Source: an uncultured Bacteroidales bacterium (lineage in GTDB: Bacteria > Bacteroidota > Bacteroidia > Bacteroidales > UBA10428). From it: a stretch of DNA of 33,689 bases. Position 1 is the stretch's first letter; each line of letters starts with the position of its first letter. Shown piece by piece: positions 32,514 to 33,689 of the stretch. Location: the NCBI GenBank assembly GCA_964633185.1, contig CAZWFM010000001.1, positions 1-33,689 on the forward strand, in the 5' to 3' direction. The position numbers and the translations under genes are program-made. The notes beneath the pieces are model-generated. The model worked only from the letters and a program-made list of their open reading frames with translations. It had not been told where the DNA came from and ran no database searches.

Positions 32514-33689
32514 TTACAGGTATTTTTGGATTAGTTTCAGTAAGGTGTCTTTGTTGATAGGTTTTGCAATGTAGTCATCGCAGCCGGCATCCAGTGATTT
32601 TTGCATATCACGTGGAGATGCAAAAGCTGTTTGCGCTATTACTGGCATTTGAGGCTTCAATTCTTTGATTTTTTTCGTGGCATCAAAACCATTCATAAGG
32701 GGCATTTTAATATCCATCAATACGAGATCAATTTTCATGTTTTGTCTGACGATATCAATAGCCTGTTCTCCATCACTGGCAACAAGGGTATGTATACCTA
32801 ATTGTTTCATTACTTCTTTTATAAAAAATAGACTTGTTTGATCATCCTCGGCAATTAATATCGTATTTCCCTTAAGTGATCCTGATGCGGGGAATTCTTC
32901 CTTTTCTTTTGTTTCAGATCCTTCAGTTGATTTGTTATAAGGTAAAGTAAAATAGAAAGCCGAACCTTTTCCGGCTTCTGAATTGGCCCATATTTTTCCT
33001 TTCAACATTTCAACATAGGATTTTGAAATCGACAATCCCAAACCGGCACCTTCGTATGGTCTTGTATCAGATGAATCGGCTTGTCTGAAACGTTCAAATA
33101 TCTTGTTGAGCATATCCGGACTGATTCCGATTCCCGTATCTTTAACATAGAATTCCAGGTATTTCTCTCTGATTGAGTAACCAAAGCTTATCTGACCCTC
33201 ATCTGTATATTTCACAGAGTTTTTGATAAGATTAGACAGTATTTGTGTCAGTTTAGTTTTATCTGTAGTAATTGTAATTTCCTCAACCGATAGATTTTGT
33301 TCGAATGCAAAGTTTAATTTTTTGCTTTTTGTCTCAGGGAGAAAAAAGGTATACAGGCTGTTAAGCAATTCATTCAGATTTGTTTTTGCCAGTCTTATTT
33401 CCGTTTGACCGGCTTCAATCTTTGAGATCTCGATCAGATCGTTAATGATACTCAACATCCGATCGCCACTTTGTTGAATCACATCAATAAACTTTTGTTG
33501 CTCAGATTTAGTAAGTTCGGGATTCCTCAACAATTCGGAAAAACCGATAATGCCATTCATAGGAGTTCGGATCTCATGGCTCATATTTGCGAGGAATGCA
33601 GTTTTTAAATGATCACTTTCTTCGGCTTTCTCTTTTGCTTCTTCCAGTTCAATATTGATCTTGTTTATTCTTTCAAGACTTTCAATCAG
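32514..33689 (-). CDS. Hybrid sensor histidine kinase / response regulator (HisKA-HATPase_c-REC), N-terminus off-window
   Basis: The frame is open from the window edge (LIESLERINKINIELEEAKEKAEESDHLKTAFLANMSHEIRTPMNGIIG, coiled coil plus H-box). N-box LSNLIKNSVKYT, G1 VKDTGIGI, G2 GAGLGLSISK. Receiver domain: ILIAEDD, DLVLMDIKMPLMNGF, PVIAQTAFA, DDYIAKP. Confidence 0.9.
   Translation of the reverse strand: MIESLERINKINIELEEAKEKAEESDHLKTAFLANMSHEIRTPMNGIIGFSELLRNPELTKSEQQKFIDVIQQSGDRMLSIINDLIEISKIEAGQTEIRLAKTNLNELLNSLYTFFLPETKSKKLNFAFEQNLSVEEITITTDKTKLTQILSNLIKNSVKYTDEGQISFGYSIREKYLEFYVKDTGIGISPDMLNKIFERFRQADSSDTRPYEGAGLGLSISKSYVEMLKGKIWANSEAGKGSAFYFTLPYNKSTEGSETKEKEEFPASGSLKGNTILIAEDDQTSLFFIKEVMKQLGIHTLVASDGEQAIDIVRQNMKIDLVLMDIKMPLMNGFDATKKIKELKPQMPVIAQTAFASPRDMQKSLDAGCDDYIAKPINKDTLLKLIQKYL

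Noticed and set aside
1-33689. Genomic island or mobile element boundaries (integrase, transposase, tRNA target, long terminal inverted or direct repeats)
   Set aside because: No such genes or repeats were seen on either strand. The wzx/wzy part is more AT-rich by eye, which is usual for such loci and is not enough to call a mobile element.

Overview
AT-rich DNA that looks like Bacteroidota. The signs are T9SS-type C-terminal sorting domains, Gln at +1 of predicted signal-peptidase sites, TAnnTTTG -7 boxes and a bTHX ribosomal protein. No tRNA, rRNA, CRISPR array, transposase or integrase was seen. Left (1-6151, +): the 3' end of a hybrid PKS-NRPS gene that runs off the window, with domains KS-AT-ACP-C-A-PCP-TE, no reductive domains, and a Val-like A-domain code read by hand. 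Centre (6334-30029, all on the minus strand): a Wzx/Wzy-type exopolysaccharide or capsule locus. It holds two GT4 glycosyltransferases, a Wza lipoprotein, a Wzc tyrosine kinase, a short acyltransferase relic, a Wzx flippase and a Wzy polymerase. Next comes a poorly understood block: an AsnB-type amidotransferase, a DUF218-like membrane protein with a large insertion, a cytoplasmic heparinase II/III-like protein, a DUF354 protein and an AlgD-like GDP-mannose 6-dehydrogenase. The locus ends in three tandem mosaic paralogues of a secreted DUF1565/right-handed beta-helix enzyme carrying 0, 4 and 1 Ig-like (Big_2) modules, with or without a T9SS sorting domain. This distal battery, together with the uronic-acid block, is my best candidate for an undescribed system: dedicated extracellular remodelling of a mannuronate-containing polymer. 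Right (30.4-33.7 kb): a bTHX ribosomal protein fused to a long Lys/Glu-rich tail, a GC-rich structured leader, a GH5 gene that seems to have lost its nucleophile segment in frame, and a hybrid sensor kinase/response regulator that runs off the right edge. All family assignments come from motif recognition by eye. No searches were run.
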